Positions 47,835 to 51,611 of a stretch of DNA of 51,611 bases are shown here, piece after piece. The stretch lies in the NCBI GenBank assembly GCA_013151235.1, contig JAADIO010000061.1:1-51611 (forward strand). The letters run 5' to 3'. The stretch comes from Deltaproteobacteria bacterium (GTDB taxonomy: Bacteria; CG2-30-53-67). The position numbers and the translations under genes are program-made. How positions within the stretch are numbered: the first letter of the stretch is position 1; each line of letters opens with the position of its first letter. Below the pieces are notes generated by a model that ran no database searches, was not told the origin of the DNA, and saw only the letters and a list, made by a program, of their open reading frames with translations.

Positions 47835-49139
47835 TTATACATTTTCCCTGGAAAAGAAAATCTTGAAACCGGAGGGGGGAAGGCTAAAATCAGAGAAACC
47901 GGAAAGTACCCGGGTGTTCGGACCCAAAAACGCCTCAAAAAAAGGCACCCCTTCCGGAAAGAGGGGAGGGAACGACTCGATCCGACCGGCCTGTTCTTTT
48001 GCGGGATCCCGGTTGAGCAGGAGGAGGGCCGATTCCGTCCGATCGAAGGTCGATTTCCGCAAAGCGCAGATCCGGTCATTGCCGCAGTCGATGACTTCGA
48101 TCGGACCGTCCTCATTGAAGACGGAGTGTCCCTTTTTGAAGGCATTGACCTCGGTAATGAATCCGGTAAGATCGATCCCCGTCTCCTCCCAGTCGGAGGG
48201 GCGGGTCGAAACGACATGAAGCCGTTTCCGGAATCCAAATTCGAACCCGATCGGCATCATTACCGCCGTGGAGAAGAGGGCGGAAAAGAGGTAGCGCTGC
48301 CTGATCGCCGCCACATTTCCTTCCAATTCTTCGGCCAGCCGGTTCGTATCGTGGGATTCCGCGAAGCTGACGGAGGGGGCCCATTGTGCGTTTTCGGCAT
48401 ACTGGTCCAGACACCAGGGCGCCTCGAAGTCCCAATACTTTGAGCTGTTGAAGGTGTAGTCGAACCCGGCCTTCGCCAGCCGGACCACATCCTCAATCGT
48501 GCAGCCGAGGGTCTCCGCAAAAAAGAGGGTCCCGGGGTAGATTCCTTTGATCTTCCCGATCAGCGACGCCCAGAGTGCATCGGGCACCTGGTAGGCGGCA
48601 TCGCACCGGAACCCCTCGAATCCTATCTCATGGTAATTGAGGACCAGATCCTCCCAGTAACGCCGGAGGTTCTCCCGGTCGGGGGAGCATTCGTTGTCGA
48701 TCTCGGCCAGGTCCCCCCAGACGGCGACGCATTTGTCTCCCTCCCAGGCCGAGGGGTGAACGATCTTCCCCTTCTCATCCCGGCGGTACCAGTCGGGGTG
48801 TTCCTTCAATAGAGGGGAGTCGATGGCGGTATGGTTGATGACAAGGTCCATGATCAGGTGAAGCCCCATCCCGCGCGCCTCCTCCACAATCCGCCGTAGC
48901 TGTTCCATCGGCGGAAGTCCGTTGTCTGCAACAAACAGCGGATTGACCACATAATAATCCTTTACCGCATAGAGACTCCCCGAAAAACCGGGCTGGTGAA
49001 ACGGGTTGATGAAAATCCAGTTGAAACCCATGCCGCACGCCCGTTCGAGGTGGGGGCGCCAACGGTCGAAGGGGCCGGCGATCAGCGGGAAAAGATTGTA
49101 AATCCGCGCTCCTTCCGCAACGGGGCGATGTCGTTTCAT
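47835..49139 (-). CDS. GH13 alpha-amylase-family protein (GlgE-like catalytic domain)
   Basis: GSLYAVKDY, DLVINHT, GFRCDAAY, AETLG, ESHDT. Confidence 0.88.
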   Translation of the reverse strand: MKRHRPVAEGARIYNLFPLIAGPFDRWRPHLERACGMGFNWIFINPFHQPGFSGSLYAVKDYYVVNPLFVADNGLPPMEQLRRIVEEARGMGLHLIMDLVINHTAIDSPLLKEHPDWYRRDEKGKIVHPSAWEGDKCVAVWGDLAEIDNECSPDRENLRRYWEDLVLNYHEIGFEGFRCDAAYQVPDALWASLIGKIKGIYPGTLFFAETLGCTIEDVVRLAKAGFDYTFNSSKYWDFEAPWCLDQYAENAQWAPSVSFAESHDTNRLAEELEGNVAAIRQRYLFSALFSTAVMMPIGFEFGFRKRLHVVSTRPSDWEETGIDLTGFITEVNAFKKGHSVFNEDGPIEVIDCGNDRICALRKSTFDRTESALLLLNRDPAKEQAGRIESFPPLFPEGVPFFEAFLGPNTRVLSGFSDFSLPPSGFKIFFSRENV

Positions 49140-49278
49140 GAACGTCCTTTCGGTGAATTTGGGAAGTGTAGCCGAGGGGAGGTCGCCCTGTCAATGGGAG
49201 AAAAATCTTGCCCTGCTTCGGGAAGGTATGCTAATTTCCTGAATAAAAAATTCCCTGCTCCACCGGAAAGGACGCCTC

Positions 49279-50052
49279 ATGCGGAAGACAACCCCCCTGA
49301 TTCTGCTCCTTATTGTTGCAGCACTGATCGGCTCCTTCTTCTATTCCCGGGCACGCAACCGGGCACTGACGGAAGAGTTGGAGAAGCTGCAACAGGAGAT
49401 CACTGCGTTAAAGACCTCATCGGCAAAAACGGAAAATCTTCTTGCCGCGATCAACAAACGGCTCAACCCGCCGCCGAAAACGACCTGGATCGGGATTGAC
49501 GACGACCCGATGCTGGGAAAAAAGGATGCCCCGGTCACGATCATTGAGTTTTCCGAGTTCCAGTGCCCCTACTGCGCCCGCTTTGCGTTGAACACATTTC
49601 CGGAGATCCGGAAAAAATATATCGATACGGGGAAGGTCCGTTTCGTCTTTCGTAACTATCCGCTGGCGTTCCACAAGAACGCTGCAAAAGCGGCGGAAGC
49701 CGGGGCCTGCGCCGCCGAGCAGGGGATGTTCTGGAATCTTCATGACATCCTCTTTCAGCACCACGACACGCTGACGCAGGAAAACCTGAATCGCTACGGC
49801 AAGGAGGCCGGCCTCTTTATGGATGACTATCTTTTCTGCATGGAGAGCGGCAAACATACCGTGGAGATCCAAAAGGACATCCGGGACGGGAAACGGGCCG
49901 GCGTCACGGGGACCCCGAGTTTCTTCATCGGAGTGACCCGGAAGGATGGCCGGATCAAGGGGACGATCCTCCGGGGGAGTGAGCCCTTCGCCGCCTTCCG
50001 GTCCCTGATCGAAGAAAAACTGCAGGAAGCCGCATCCATGATGGTGTCGTAA
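49279..50052 (+). CDS. DsbA-family thioredoxin-fold protein (C-terminus altered by a MITE)
   Basis: N-terminal TM, G..DAPVTIIEFSEFQCPYC, GVTGTPSFFI. Confidence 0.9.
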   Translation: MRKTTPLILLLIVAALIGSFFYSRARNRALTEELEKLQQEITALKTSSAKTENLLAAINKRLNPPPKTTWIGIDDDPMLGKKDAPVTIIEFSEFQCPYCARFALNTFPEIRKKYIDTGKVRFVFRNYPLAFHKNAAKAAEAGACAAEQGMFWNLHDILFQHHDTLTQENLNRYGKEAGLFMDDYLFCMESGKHTVEIQKDIRDGKRAGVTGTPSFFIGVTRKDGRIKGTILRGSEPFAAFRSLIEEKLQEAASMMVS

Positions 50053-50171
50053 AAAGTCATGAAGCCCTTCGACAAGCTCAGGGCGAACGGTGTAAGTTAT
50101 TAATATTCCGTTCGTGGTGAGCTTGTCGAACCATGAACGGAACCCGGAAAACGACGTTTTACGAGTTCATC
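50040..50171 (-). mobile_element. MITE copy 3 (132 bp, inverted relative to copies 1 and 2)
   Basis: TIRs GATGGTGTCGTAAAAAGTC / GACGTTTTACGAGTTCATC; TSD ATCCAT at 50034-50039 and 50172-50177. Confidence 0.9.
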
Positions 50172-50280
50172 ATCCATGGCCCCCCGTTGAAATTTCGATG
50201 AAAATTCTTGACACTCTCCCGCTTTCCATATAGTTTCTTGAAGTTTCAGAAAATTTTATTTTTCGAATTCATTCAGGCAA

Positions 50281-51611
50281 ATGTTGAAACTTTTTTTCCG
50301 GCACAAATGGGGTCCTGCGCTGCTTATCCTGCTGCTGGCCGCCCTGGTCTTTTTCTACAATCTCGGAGACATCTCCCTGTGGGACCCGGATGAACCGAGG
50401 GGGGCGGTGATCGCCCATGAGATGTTGCAACGGGGCGACTGGATCCACTTAAGCTACAACGGTCATCCGGTCACGGATAACCCTGCGCTGGTCAAACCTC
50501 CCCTCTACTACTGGAGTATTGCCCTCTTTTCGGCACTCCAGGGGCATGTGGATGAGTTTTCCGCCCGTCTTCCCTCGGCACTGGCCGGGATCACCACGGC
50601 AATCCTTGTCTTTTTCCTGGGGGCAAGGATCTTCGGGACAAAAACGGGGTTTCTCGGAGGACTGATCTTCATCAGCAACCACATGCTCTTTGAACAGGCT
50701 CGTTCCGCCGAGATCGATATGACCCTGACCTTTCTCATCACGGCCGCCCTCTTTCTCTTCTACCACTGTTATCATGAGCATTACCGGCCGGGGTGGCTCT
50801 ACCCCGCCTACGCCGCCCTGGGCCTTGCCGTTCTGGCCAAGGGGCCGGTGGGGGTCATTGTTCCGCTGATGATCGCCTTTCTCTATCTCCTGGCCCGGCG
50901 GGACCTGAAGGCCATCGGAAAGATCAAACTCCCGGCGGGTCTGCTGATCATCCTCGCCGTCGCCTCCCCCTGGTTCATCCTGGAAGGACGGGCCTTCGGT
51001 GCCGAATTCTTCTTCCGGCAGAATTTCGAGCGTTTCTTCCACGCCTTCGATCACATCCAACCCTGGTACTATTATTTCGTTAAACTTCCGATCCACTTTC
51101 TTCCCTGGACCCTCCTGCTTCCGGCGGCCGTCGCCTACTGGTTCCGCCGACGGAAGGAGAAAAATCCAGGGCGGACCTTTCTGCTCATCTGGTTCATTGC
51201 GACCTTCGTCTTTTTCAGCCTCTCCCAAAGCAAACGGTCGCTCTATATCGTTCCGCTCTATCCGGCCCTCTCCCTTCTCGTGGCGGAAGCACTGGAGAGG
51301 ATCTCGTCGGAGCAGAACCTGGCCTCTCTTCTGCCCTGGATCCGGGGAGGGGCGGCCTTTTTTGCTCTTCTCCTCGTCACGGCGGGAGGGACCGCCGCCT
51401 GGCTCGCGGCCACCCGTTTTCATGATCTTGCCCGGCCGGTCGCCCTTCTTGTCGCGGCTGCCCTGGCGGGCGCAGCGCTTCTCTACCGGATGATCCGGAA
51501 AGGGGAAGGAAGAGGGATCGTGACGGCCTTCCTGGTCTGTGCCTTCGGTCTGGAACTCCTCATGGCGGGGGTGGTCTATCCTTCCATCGACGTCAAGAGT
51601 CGTTCATCAAA
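50281..51611 (+). CDS. ArnT/PMT-like (GT-C fold) membrane glycosyltransferase, truncated by the window end
   Basis: MLKLFF...LWDPDEPR...EML.RGDW...KPPLYYW...RLPSAL...LAKGPVG...PWYYY; absent from the ORF track because it has no stop within the window. Confidence 0.88.
   Translation, partial: MLKLFFRHKWGPALLILLLAALVFFYNLGDISLWDPDEPRGAVIAHEMLQRGDWIHLSYNGHPVTDNPALVKPPLYYWSIALFSALQGHVDEFSARLPSALAGITTAILVFFLGARIFGTKTGFLGGLIFISNHMLFEQARSAEIDMTLTFLITAALFLFYHCYHEHYRPGWLYPAYAALGLAVLAKGPVGVIVPLMIAFLYLLARRDLKAIGKIKLPAGLLIILAVASPWFILEGRAFGAEFFFRQNFERFFHAFDHIQPWYYYFVKLPIHFLPWTLLLPAAVAYWFRRRKEKNPGRTFLLIWFIATFVFFSLSQSKRSLYIVPLYPALSLLVAEALERISSEQNLASLLPWIRGGAAFFALLLVTAGGTAAWLAATRFHDLARPVALLVAAALAGAALLYRMIRKGEGRGIVTAFLVCAFGLELLMAGVVYPSIDVKSRSS

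Noticed and set aside
47637-48443. 268-aa plus-strand ORF starting with the same peptide as the surA ORF (FRSWFDRL...)
   Set aside because: The shared N-terminus is simply translated MITE sequence, and the rest is antisense to the GH13 gene.

Overview
A mostly housekeeping, GC-rich bacterial chromosome segment. The gene order (hisS-aspS, dprA-topA-trmFO-xerC, dnaE-accA, mfd-PPIase-surA, rSAM-hemE-hemH) suggests a Desulfobacterota/Nitrospirota-like anaerobe; this is an inference. Four things stand out. (1) At 5.2-13.2 kb is a self-contained redox locus. A pentaheme cytochrome c, a histidine kinase with a Cys-rich 'two-CW' insert in its HAMP linker and an NtrC-type sigma54 activator lie upstream of a textbook sigma54 promoter with an IHF site. 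That promoter drives a DUF3034-type outer-membrane beta-barrel and a large 7xCxxCH cytochrome, a candidate new porin-cytochrome system with its own redox sensor. (2) The left edge looks like the junction of an island integrated at tRNA-Leu(TAA), and the last gene's C-terminus resembles a retron-type reverse transcriptase. (3) There are three copies of a ~132-178 bp MITE with ~18-bp terminal inverted repeats (TIRs), 6-7 bp target-site duplications (TSDs), internal REP-like hairpins and an IHF site. One copy frameshifts the surA signal peptide and another rewrites the dsbA C-terminus. (4) Several orphan arrays of 7-9-nt strand-biased repeats sit in intergenic spacers. No CRISPR array or rRNA gene was seen. 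All protein calls are motif recognition by eye, with no database searches.
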